Source of the DNA: a bacterium
Lineage (GTDB): Bacteria; RBG-13-61-14; DATKZS01
Length of the DNA: 36,880 nucleotides
Direction of reading: 5' to 3'
Assembly: GCA_046484135.1 (NCBI GenBank)
Contig: JAWOBU010000003.1
Coordinates: forward strand, 1 to 36,880
In this document: positions 8,098-16,581 of the stretch, piece after piece
Numbering within the stretch: position 1 is the first letter of the stretch
How the letters are laid out: every line of letters starts with the position of its first letter
Translations under genes and position numbers: made by a program
The notes under the pieces: model-generated
Database searches by the model: none
What the model was told of the DNA's origin: nothing
Seen by the model: the letters and a program-made list of their open reading frames with translations, nothing else

Positions 8098-9450
8098 ATG
8101 GAGAAAGGTCAGAAGTTGGTGGTTATCGGATGCGGCGGCGTGGGCGGTCCTGCGGCCATGCTCTCCCGCAAGCTTATGCCGGACGTGGAGATAACCGTGG
8201 TCCGGGAGGAAAAGCGGTTTATTGTCAGGTGAGCGTTGCCGCATGTCGTGGCCGGTCTGGCCACCGGAGAATCCATTGTGAACCCGGACAAGATGTTTTC
8301 GGACAACGGCATCAACATGATCATCGAAAGGGTGGAAAGCGTTGACCGGGAGAAGAAAGAGGTAAAGCTTTCCGACGGGAGGATACTTCCCTACGACAAG
8401 CTGGTGCTGGGAGTGGGCTCGCGCCCGTTTGTTCCTCCCATCGAGGGCGCGGACCTGGAAGGTGTCTTCAGCATGCGTTCTTTAAAGGACGCGGAGAACA
8501 TAAAAGAGTTTCTGGAGCAGAAGAATCCCAAGAAGCTGGTGTTCATAGGCGCGGGTTTTATCAGCATGGAGCTGGCTGCTTTCCTGAAGGAACAAAAAGG
8601 GGACGAGTACGATATAAGCATTGTCGAGCTTCTGGGACATCCGCTCCCGCTCATGGTGGACGCTGAGTTCGGCGACCGGGTCCGGCAGCACATGCAGGAG
8701 AAAAACATAGAAATCCGTACGGGGGAGAAGGTAACCGGTATCCTGGGCGACGGTAAGGTAAGCGGCGTCGAGCTTTCCTCGGGGGAGAGCCTTCCCGCTG
8801 ACCTGGTGTTTATGAACGTGGGAGCAAGACCCAACCTGGAGCTGGCCCGCGACATGGGCCTCGAGCTGGGCAGGTTCGGCATCAAGGTCAACCAGTATCT
8901 CGAGACCTCCGACCCCGACATAATCGCGGCCGGAGACTGCATTGAGAACCACCATTTCGTTACCAAAAAACCCGCTCCCATCCAGTTGCGCGGGCCCGCG
9001 GTCATCCAGGGAAGACTGGCGGCCAAGCGGCTGGCCGGCTACGACATACCCTTCCCGGGGGTCCTCGGGAACAGCGCGGTAAGGCTTTTCGACAAGTACT
9101 TCGCATCCACCGGCCTGACCGAGGAGGCTGCACAAAAAGAAAACTTCGACACGGTCTCGGCCACTGTTGACTCGAGAAGCAAGCACAACATGATCGTGGG
9201 CAAAAAGCCCTGGAGCCTGAAGCTCGTGTTCGACAAGGAGAACGGGAGGCTCCTGGGCGGACAGATCGTAAGCGATGACGTGGCTCCCGCAAAAGGGATA
9301 GACGCCGTGAACGCCTTGATACTGGGCGAGAAAACCGTCCGGGACCTGACCACCCTCATGTGCGCCGGAAACCCGGACTGCTCCTCCGAACCCAGCGCCG
9401 AGCCCATCACCATTGCCGCGGAGCAGGCGTTGCAGAAGCTCGGGAAGTAA
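8098..9450 (+). CDS. Probable selenocysteine-containing FAD-dependent pyridine nucleotide-disulfide oxidoreductase (CoA-disulfide reductase / NADH oxidase family), 450 aa, Sec45
   Basis: AAGGAGG RBS, ATG 8098, FAD motif VVIGCGGVGG, then FIVR-TGA(8230-8232)-ALPH in frame with the ORF-track protein starting at 8236. TGA aligns with the redox Cys of the CGLPY motif. Also GAGFIS and ETSDPDIIAAGDC motifs. Confidence 0.88.
8248..8264 (+). promoter_or_regulatory. Candidate bacterial SECIS hairpin
   Basis: GTGGCC-GGTCT-GGCCAC: perfect 6-bp stem, loop begins GGT, 21 nt between the UGA and the loop. Confidence 0.65.
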
Positions 9451-9483
9451 GCTTTTTATTTACCGATGGCGTGAAATAAAATC

Positions 9484-9825
9484 TTATTGCCCGATTTGTT
9501 GCTCGGCAAAATCGCCTATTATGGGCAGTTTGAACTTCTGGCCCTGGAAAGCCTTGTACATAAGCAGAATCCAGAGAACAAGACCCAGCGGAGCGATTAA
9601 TAAGCTGATGAGCCATCCCACCAGCGGAATAAATCCGGCAACTATGGAGATGACAAAAAGCGCCAGGAAAGTAACCAAAGACTGCATGGCATGAAACCGG
9701 ACAAACTTGTTCTCCTTCTCCAGGACCAGAAACACGATCCCCGTGATAAAACCCGCTACATAGCAGAGCAACCCCGCAATGTTCTCCTGTACACCTAAAG
9801 CCGTATTATTAGTTGGCTCGCTCAT
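9484..9825 (-). CDS. DUF4870-like small membrane protein
   Basis: AGLLCY..GFITGIVFLVLEKENKFVRFHAMQS...KAFQGQKFKLPIIG pattern; CAGGAGG RBS. Confidence 0.85.
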   Translation of the reverse strand: MSEPTNNTALGVQENIAGLLCYVAGFITGIVFLVLEKENKFVRFHAMQSLVTFLALFVISIVAGFIPLVGWLISLLIAPLGLVLWILLMYKAFQGQKFKLPIIGDFAEQQIGQ

Positions 9826-9975
9826 GATCTTGACCTCCTGTTTAAGTCTTCTGTTGGATACCGCCTTTAACCTGAAGCAGAAAGCCCGGCGCCGGATTAC
9901 CGCTTACACCGGCGGACCTCTGCTTGCAAAAAAAATCTCTTACCCGAGAGTAGCGCCGGGAAAGACCAATAGAGA

Positions 9976-10062
9976 TATTTAGCATGGCCCCTGACCACTG
10001 TCAAGCCGGACCTTTTCTTCTTTTCTTTTTTAGTTGACAGGAATGTCCTGGCGTGGTATTAA
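9976..10062. promoter_or_regulatory. Back-to-back divergent sigma70-like promoters
   Basis: Minus: TTGACA (10004-9999), 17-nt spacer ending TGC, TAAATA (9981-9976). Plus: TTGACA (10034-10039), 17-nt spacer ending TGG, TATTAA (10057-10062). Confidence 0.55.
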
Positions 10063-10123
10063 ATACGTCAATTTAATGGCCGAGAAAACAGGGTCAATCT
10101 TAACAAGTAAGGAGGAGAAAAAA

Positions 10124-10672
10124 ATGGTGCTTTCCAAGAAGTTTTATCTGGGGTCTTATCTGGGCGGAATTATCGGCGGTTTTATCCTCATGTTTATTGC
10201 GGGGGCCATAATCGCAGCGAGCGGCCAGCAGCCGTCCGATGGAGCGGCCATGGGGGCCGGCTTGTTTTATGTTTTGGGGTTGGCGGTGATGTTGTATGCG
10301 GCTATCGTAACGCTGGTCTTTGTCTACAAGATGTGGAAAGCCATTCAGCCGGCGAATCCCCGGACCACTCCGGGTAAAGCGGTAGGGTTTCTTTTCATCC
10401 CCATCTTTAACTTTTACTGGATTTTCGTGGCTTTCCACGGCTACACCAAGGACTTCAACAACTACGTGGGCCGTCCCGCCCTTCCCGAGAACCTGGCACT
10501 GGCTTACTGCATACTGGTACTGGTCAGCATCATTCCTTTGATCAATTTTATCACTTCTATCGCGGTAATCATCATATTTGCCCTGCTCATCTCGAAGATT
10601 TGCGACGCTGTAAACCAGCTCGGTGCTTCCGCTCCCGCGGGCGGCCAGATGCCGCAGCCGCCGGCCCAGTAA
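10124..10672 (+). CDS. Membrane protein, DUF4328-like
   Basis: AAGGAGG RBS before ATG 10124; several TM segments; TPGKAVGFLFIPIFNFYW motif. Confidence 0.75.
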   Translation: MVLSKKFYLGSYLGGIIGGFILMFIAGAIIAASGQQPSDGAAMGAGLFYVLGLAVMLYAAIVTLVFVYKMWKAIQPANPRTTPGKAVGFLFIPIFNFYWIFVAFHGYTKDFNNYVGRPALPENLALAYCILVLVSIIPLINFITSIAVIIIFALLISKICDAVNQLGASAPAGGQMPQPPAQ

Positions 10673-10702
10673 ACTACCGAGGGCCTTATAAAAACTACGA
10701 GA

Positions 10703-10730
10703 ACAGGGCAGGCATCTTTGCCTGCCCTGT
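10703..10730. terminator. Hairpin between convergent genes, probable bidirectional terminator
   Basis: Perfect 12-bp stem ACAGGGCAGGCA-TCTT-TGCCTGCCCTGT. Confidence 0.7.
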
Positions 10731-10761
10731 ACTTATAAAGGCTGGTTAGTAAAAAAACGAT

Positions 10762-11022
10762 TCACAGCGTCTTTGTGGTGTTGTTCCTGATATCCACCAG
10801 GTTGTCGTTGATGCGGAAGATGATGATCATAAGCTCGCAGTAAATCCTCACTCCGATCGGTCCCAGGATTATAAGCCCGATACCCCCGGCCACAGATAAA
10901 GCGCCCGGCTCTGTGACCATATAAATAACACCGCCGACAATACATCCCACCACTCCGACCCAGAAAAGTACCTGGATGATGACGGGCGTCATGAACCTTC
11001 GGAACGTCAGAAAGTCTCCCAT
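10762..11022 (-). CDS. DUF4282-like small membrane protein
   Basis: FLTFRRFMTPVIIQVLFW...RIYCELMIIIFRINDNL..I pattern; AGGAGG RBS. Confidence 0.85.
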   Translation of the reverse strand: MGDFLTFRRFMTPVIIQVLFWVGVVGCIVGGVIYMVTEPGALSVAGGIGLIILGPIGVRIYCELMIIIFRINDNLVDIRNNTTKTL

Positions 11023-11062
11023 GTTCTCCTCCTTTTTACCTTTCGTTTTGCAGAAGTTTCCT

Positions 11063-11335
11063 TCATCCTTTGTCCGAGTCCATGAACTTCTTCATGCACT
11101 CGTCGCTGCAAAAGTAGATCCTTTGGCCCCTTCTCACCAGCGACGGCGAGGTCTCCGCCTGCACGTAAGTCCCGCATACCGGGTCCTGCGCCATCTCCGA
11201 CTGGTCCTCCAGGTCGCGGGAACCCGCATCCTCCGGCCTTTTCCCCTCCACCTTGCGGGAGGGCGACTTGAACAGGTTCCGGACCGTAAAGTATGCGAAC
11301 ATGGCCAGGACCAGAATAACAATCAGCCGGACCAT
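11063..11335 (-). CDS. Membrane-anchored YHS/TRASH domain protein
   Basis: N-terminal TM helix, then DPVCGTYV...YFCSDEC; probable start MVRLIV at 11335 with AAGGA RBS. Confidence 0.85.
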   Translation of the reverse strand: MVRLIVILVLAMFAYFTVRNLFKSPSRKVEGKRPEDAGSRDLEDQSEMAQDPVCGTYVQAETSPSLVRRGQRIYFCSDECMKKFMDSDKG

Positions 11336-11363
11336 GACGCGTCCTTGTTTCCTGGGCTGGTTT

Positions 11364-11858
11364 TCATGGCTGTTCAATTTTCTCCACCAATGTGTTGTCC
11401 TCGAGCTCGCCTAGAAGCTCCTCAATCGTCCGTTTCAGTACCGGATGCCACACATGCGGCGCTATCTCGGAAAGCGGCACAAGCACGAACTTCCTCTCCT
11501 GCATGCGGGGATGCGGGACCTCGAGGCCAATCTCTTTTATGACTTCTTCGTTCCATAGTAACACATCCAGGTCAATAATGCGCGGGCCGTCCTTGACTCG
11601 CTCGGAAGGACGGCCCAGCTCCTTTTCAATATCAGCCAGGGCCTTTTGCAAGCCGGCAGGGGAAAGTTCGGTTTCAAGCTCCGCTGCCGCGTTCACGAAC
11701 CAGGGCTGGTCCTTTATACCCACCGGCTCCGTGCGGTAGAAAGAAGACACCCGCAAGACCTTGCCCGCCCTCTCCTTCTCTATCTTCTGCAACGCCTCCT
11801 TAATGGAGACCGCCGGATCGCCCAAGTTAGAGCCCAGACCGATGTAAACCCGGACCAC
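11364..11858 (-). CDS. folK: 2-amino-4-hydroxy-6-hydroxymethyldihydropteridine diphosphokinase
   Basis: YIGLGSNLGD, SSFYRTEP, FVNAA, GPRIIDLDVL, VPHPRMQERKFVLVPL. Confidence 0.96.
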   Translation of the reverse strand: MVRVYIGLGSNLGDPAVSIKEALQKIEKERAGKVLRVSSFYRTEPVGIKDQPWFVNAAAELETELSPAGLQKALADIEKELGRPSERVKDGPRIIDLDVLLWNEEVIKEIGLEVPHPRMQERKFVLVPLSEIAPHVWHPVLKRTIEELLGELEDNTLVEKIEQP

Positions 11859-13033
11859 TAATCCAGTTCCTTTTTCATCTTCTCCATGCGGTCCACCGCC
11901 TCTTTCATGCGGTCCTCGTCCACCAGAAGCGCCATGCGGAAGTAGCCCTCCCCTTCTTCACCGTACCCGTTGCCCGGCGAGGTCATGATGCCGGCTTTTT
12001 CTATAAGCGCACCCACCCAGTCCTCGGAGCTCATGCCCTCAGGCGCCTGCGCCCACACGTAAAAACTGCCTTTCGGCTTCTGATAACTGATGCCCAGGCT
12101 GTCAAGGCCTTCGAGAAGCACGTCCCTGCGCTTCCGGTACATCTCCCGCAGGCCCTTGATATCGTCTTCGCCGTTGTCCATGGCCTCGATACCTGCCATC
12201 TGTACCGCTTCAAAGGCGCCCGAGTCTATGTTGCTCTTCACCTTGCCCAGCGCGGACACCGCGTCCTCTGCGCCCGCGGCAAAGCCGATCCTCCAGCCGG
12301 TCATGTTAAAGCTCTTGCTCATAGAGTGGAACTCGACAGCGCAGTCCATGGCCCCTTCCACCTCGAGGATGCTGGGCGCTTCATACCCGTCAAAGCAGAG
12401 CTCGCAGTAGGCGTTGTCATGGGCTATCACGATGTTGTGCTTCTTTGCGAACTCGACCGCTTCTTTGAAGAAGTCCAGCCCGCAGGTGGCGGCAGTGGGG
12501 TTATTGGGATAGTTTATGAACATGATCTTGGCCCGGTCCGCAACGTCCGCTGGTATGGCGGAAAGGTCCGGCAGAAACCCGTTTTCCTCCTGCAAAGGCA
12601 TGATATAAGGCTCGCCGCACGCGAACATGGTCCCGATCTTGTAAACCGGGTAAGCCGGGCTCGGCACCAGCGCCACGTCGCCGGGATTAAGGTATGCAAG
12701 AGGAAAATGGCCGATCCCTTCCTTGCTGCCGATCAGGCTCACCACCTGGGAAGGGTCCAGCTTGACCTTGAACCTGCGCTCGAGATAAGCCGCCGCGGAC
12801 TCCTTGAAACGCGCAAGACCGTAACTGCTCGGGTAGTGGTGATAGGCGGGGTCGGCCATGGCCTTTTGGGCCGCTTGTACAATATGCTTCGGCGTGGGCC
12901 GGTCCGGGTCTCCGATCCCCAGGTCTATTACGTCCACGCCCTTTTTCTGGGCGTTCTTTTTCATCTCGTCCAGCCGGACGAAAAGGTAAGGCGGCAACTT
13001 CTTGATCCGGTCCGCTAACTGCACGTCCACCAT
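11858..13033 (-). CDS. dapL: LL-diaminopimelate aminotransferase (PLP class I)
   Basis: LPPYLF, DLGIGDPD, LIGSKEGIGH, NYPNNPT, HDNAY, EFHSMSKSFNMTGWRIG, KSNIDSG; start MVDVQLAD at 13033 with AGGAGG RBS. Confidence 0.85.
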   Translation of the reverse strand: MVDVQLADRIKKLPPYLFVRLDEMKKNAQKKGVDVIDLGIGDPDRPTPKHIVQAAQKAMADPAYHHYPSSYGLARFKESAAAYLERRFKVKLDPSQVVSLIGSKEGIGHFPLAYLNPGDVALVPSPAYPVYKIGTMFACGEPYIMPLQEENGFLPDLSAIPADVADRAKIMFINYPNNPTAATCGLDFFKEAVEFAKKHNIVIAHDNAYCELCFDGYEAPSILEVEGAMDCAVEFHSMSKSFNMTGWRIGFAAGAEDAVSALGKVKSNIDSGAFEAVQMAGIEAMDNGEDDIKGLREMYRKRRDVLLEGLDSLGISYQKPKGSFYVWAQAPEGMSSEDWVGALIEKAGIMTSPGNGYGEEGEGYFRMALLVDEDRMKEAVDRMEKMKKELD

Positions 13034-13159
13034 TTTAACCCTGGTCCTCCTTTTTGCTTTTCCGGGCATGGTAGCGGAATGTGCGTGTTGAATCAAGCCG
13101 GTCACGGCCGGTTTTGCGCGGTCCCTTTGTTGCGTTATCATGGCAGACAGAGATTTATC

Positions 13160-14212
13160 ATGACTGATGCAAAAGACAACCAGGAGGTCCGCCTGGCCCA
13201 GGATGCCAGCGCCGCTGGATGAGCGGCCAAGTTAGGTCCGGGCGACCTGCAGGAGCTTCTTCGGGGATTGAACTTCCCGGTGAACGACAGATTGATCGTG
13301 GGCGCGGACAGCGCCGACGACGCGGGTGTGTTTCGTCTTGACGAAAAGCACGGCATCATCTTCACCCTGGATTTTTTCACCCCCATTGTGGACGATCCGT
13401 ACAAATTCGGCGCTATAGCGGCCTGTAACGCTCTTTCCGACGTGTACGCCATGGGAGGCCGTCCCCTGGCGGGCTTGAACATCTGCTGCTTCCCTCCCGA
13501 GGGGGACAAGGACATGCAAAGGCGGATTTTGCAGGGAGGCGCGGACAAGCTGGCGGAGGCCGGCGCTGTTATGGCGGGCGGGCATTCAGTGCGCGACACC
13601 GACCTGAAGTACGGACTCGCGGTTATCGGTCATGTCTCTCCCGACAAGGTCATCTCCAACGGCGGAGCCCAGGCCGGGCAGAAGCTTATACTGACCAAGC
13701 CGATCGGCACCGGGCTTCTGTCCACCGCCCGCAGAAAGGACTCCATCCGGGAAGAAGACTTCCAGGCGGCAGTGGAGCTCATGATGGAACTCAACCGGAC
13801 AGCCTGCGAGACCATGGTGGAGGAAGAGGCGACCGGGTGCACTGATATCACCGGCTTCGGACTTCTCGGTCACGCTCAAGAGATGGCCTGCGCCGGCAAG
13901 GTGGCCCTGGCTATTGACATCTTCCAGGTCCCTCTATTGCCGCGGGTCAAAGAATGTGCTGACAAAGGGTCCGTGCCCGCAGGCGCCCGTAACAACCGCT
14001 CCCACTTCGGGCCGTTCGTCTCGGGAAATCCACCTTCCGAGTTTTGGTGGCCTATTCTGTTCGACCCGCAGACCTCCGGCGGCCTGCTCTTCAGCGCGGA
14101 CGCAGGGAAAGCGGAAAAGATAGTGGAAACGCTCATCAATAAAAAAGTCGCCGCGGCAGTGATCGGCGAAGTCGTGGACGGACCGGCAGGCGGAATCATA
14201 TTGCGGAGCTGA
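13160..14212 (+). CDS. selD: Selenide, water dikinase (selenophosphate synthetase), Sec-containing form, 350 aa, Sec21
   Basis: ATG 13160: MTDAKDNQEVRLAQDASAAG-TGA(13220-13222)-AAKLGP, the G-U/C-x-x-K catalytic motif, in frame with DDAGV, DFFTPIVDDP, NALSDVYAMGG, TDITGFGLLGH, DPQTSGGLL. Confidence 0.95.
13233..13249 (+). promoter_or_regulatory. Candidate bacterial SECIS hairpin of selD
   Basis: T-AGGTC-CGGGC-GACCT-G hairpin, with 16 nt between the UGA and the loop. Confidence 0.5.
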
Positions 14213-14215
14213 AAA

Positions 14216-16018
14216 ATGAAAAGACCTTCCCTCCCAGTGTGTGCCCTCTTTTTGCTCCCTCTGTGCCTCGTTTTGTTTTTTATTTCCTGCGAAAGCGAGG
14301 GTCCTGCCAAGACCAAACGACTGCCGGACCAGACCGCGAAATCAAGCGCCCGGGACTGGCCGGGTGACTCGATCTCCGCTCTTTTTCATCCCGACCGGCA
14401 CCGGCCGCGCAAGATCAACATAAATGGCGTGGTCAAAAACGCAGTGGCCCTTGATGATCCGGTGCGGCTTCGGCCCTGCCGGGAGGAAGAAAGCCTGCAG
14501 GCCGCGCTGGGAATGGTGCCCGGCAGCACGGACCGGCCGGTCGAGTTCCGGCTCTCCTGCGGCGACCGGACCGAGAAGTTCGAAGTTGACCCGAAAAGCT
14601 CGGAGGGATGGAAGCATGTCTCCCCCTCCATGTGCCCGTGCGAAAGCGGCGTGCGCGTGTCCGCCGGACTCGATAAACCCGGGGCATTTCTAGCCCATCC
14701 GTCTTTTGAAAAACCGGGACCCGGCCGGCTGGTGGCGTTTATTATTATAGACGCCCTCCGCGCGGATGACTTGGGGGTCTACGGCCGAAAGCCCAGCCCG
14801 AGCCCGGAGCTCGACAAGCTGGCCCGGCGGGGGACAGTGTTCCAGCGGGCTTACACCGCTTCCCCCTTTACACTGACCTCGGTGGCCTCCATCTTCACCG
14901 GGCTCTTTCCGTGGCAGCACAACGTCATGTTTACGGAAAAGGAAGGCCTGGTGCTTGCAGACTCCGTTCCCAAGCTGGTCGAGCGGTTCCATAAAGCGGG
15001 CTATCATACTGCGGCCTTCTCCGGGACCTACTTTCTCATGTCCAGGAACGGTTACGCGGAAGGGTTCGACCATTTTGACGAGGCTTGCGCAAGCTCCTTT
15101 TTCCGGGAAAGCGCGGACTGCTTAAACCGGCGCATCATCCCCTGGATCAAGCGGCACCGGAACCAGGACGTGTTTTTATACATCCATTACATTGATCCCC
15201 ATGCTCCCTACTATCCGCCGGAGGCTTTCCGGAAGCGACACGTAGGGAACATGGAAAAGCCGTTTTTTGAAGACGTGGCCGTGGGAGAGATCGGCCAGTT
15301 CGGGAGCCACCGGGCGTGGTACCAGTTCTGGCGCTCTCCATCCGACTATGACCTCGAGTACCTCCGGGCGTTATACCGCGCCGAGATCGAGTACGTGGAC
15401 GACCGGGTGGGCAAGCTGATTTCCGAGCTGGAGCAAAGCCGGCAGGCGTCGGGCAACGGAAGCGGTAAGTCCGTCTACCTTGTCACTGCGGACCACGGCG
15501 AAGCTTTTTACGAACACGAGGTCATGGACCACGTGGCCGACCTGCACGAGCCGGTCATGCGGGTTCCTCTCATCATGTTCGGCCACGGCGTGCCAAAAGG
15601 AATGACAGTAACCGAGCAGGTCCGGACCATTGACTTTATGCCATCTCTGCTCGAGATCGAGGGACTGGAAAGCCCTGACCAGGTGCCGGGGAGGAGCATG
15701 GTACCTTTACTGGAAGGACGCGGTGGAGAGGCCAGGCCTGCCGCGGCTGTCCACTTCCTGGGGATGGAGCCCGAGTACGCCCTGGTGATGTGGCCCTGGA
15801 AGATTTTCTTCCGGCCCGACGATGACGAGCTGGAGCTTTACAACCTGGAAGATGACCCTCCTGAAAAAAACGACCTTGCGGATACGAACATGGAAAAAAG
15901 AAAAGAGATGCAGGGGCTCCTTAGAGCCCTGCTTGCCCTGCCGGACGCGGGCGAGGAGAAAGCGGAGCCGGTGGACCAAAAGACCAGACAAAGACTGAAA
16001 GCATTGGGTTACCGGTGA
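14216..16018 (+). CDS. Sulfatase-like hydrolase/transferase (alkaline phosphatase superfamily), probable lipoprotein
   Basis: Lipobox-like FISC; IIDALRAD, ASIFTG, HYIDPHAPY, TADHGE, RVPLI, LYNLEDDPPE, C-terminal LKALGY. Nucleophile position is Thr, not Cys/Ser. Confidence 0.85.
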   Translation: MKRPSLPVCALFLLPLCLVLFFISCESEGPAKTKRLPDQTAKSSARDWPGDSISALFHPDRHRPRKININGVVKNAVALDDPVRLRPCREEESLQAALGMVPGSTDRPVEFRLSCGDRTEKFEVDPKSSEGWKHVSPSMCPCESGVRVSAGLDKPGAFLAHPSFEKPGPGRLVAFIIIDALRADDLGVYGRKPSPSPELDKLARRGTVFQRAYTASPFTLTSVASIFTGLFPWQHNVMFTEKEGLVLADSVPKLVERFHKAGYHTAAFSGTYFLMSRNGYAEGFDHFDEACASSFFRESADCLNRRIIPWIKRHRNQDVFLYIHYIDPHAPYYPPEAFRKRHVGNMEKPFFEDVAVGEIGQFGSHRAWYQFWRSPSDYDLEYLRALYRAEIEYVDDRVGKLISELEQSRQASGNGSGKSVYLVTADHGEAFYEHEVMDHVADLHEPVMRVPLIMFGHGVPKGMTVTEQVRTIDFMPSLLEIEGLESPDQVPGRSMVPLLEGRGGEARPAAAVHFLGMEPEYALVMWPWKIFFRPDDDELELYNLEDDPPEKNDLADTNMEKRKEMQGLLRALLALPDAGEEKAEPVDQKTRQRLKALGYR

Positions 16019-16137
16019 ATACCCCCACACGGGAGTTGAAATCAAAGAGAATCCGGACTGGTTCTCCTGGTCTTTGCGGTTTTATCACTGTTCGTTGATA
16101 AAGAGGACCTTTCAATAGGCTTTTGAGGAACCGGGGC

Positions 16138-16578
16138 TTACTTGGAAGACAGGACCTGGAAGAGAGCCTGGAGCCCCAGGTAGTAGCTCTGCTCGCCGAA
16201 GCCGGCGATGGTCCCGCGGGCGATGTCGGAGAGGAAGGAATGATGCCGGAAGCTTTCCCGGGCGCTTATGTTGCTCAGGTGGACCTCGACGAAGGGTATG
16301 TCCGTTGCGAGGAAGGCGTCCCTTATGGCGACAGAGGTATGGGTAAAGGCGGCAGGGTTTATAAGTATGGCGTCGAACTTTCCCTTTGCTTTCTGGATAG
16401 CGTCCACGATCTCGCCCTCGTGGTTGGACTGGAGGAACTCGATGTTTATATTCCTGTCCTTTGCCATCTTTGCGAGGTTGTCGCTGATATTTTGAAGGCT
16501 CACCTTCCCGTAGATGCCCGCTTCCCTTTGACCGAGCAGGTTCAGGTTAGGCCCGTTAATGACGAGTACCGCGCTCAT
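16138..16578 (-). CDS. aroQ: Type II 3-dehydroquinate dehydratase
   Basis: INGPNLNLLGQRE..IYG, QSNHEG, INPAAFTHTSVAIRDA, EVHLSNI.ARESFRHHS. Confidence 0.97.
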   Translation of the reverse strand: MSAVLVINGPNLNLLGQREAGIYGKVSLQNISDNLAKMAKDRNINIEFLQSNHEGEIVDAIQKAKGKFDAILINPAAFTHTSVAIRDAFLATDIPFVEVHLSNISARESFRHHSFLSDIARGTIAGFGEQSYYLGLQALFQVLSSK

Positions 16579-16581
16579 GTA

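Noticed and set aside
8236..9450. ORF-track protein starting at TTG 8236, or a pseudogene call for this locus
   Set aside because: It lacks the FAD-binding N-terminus. The upstream in-frame segment has an RBS, and the only interruption is a TGA at the catalytic Cys position, which is better explained as Sec.
13268..14212. ORF-track SelD starting at TTG 13268
   Set aside because: It would lack the essential U/C-x-x-K motif; the start at ATG 13160 with UGA read-through restores it.
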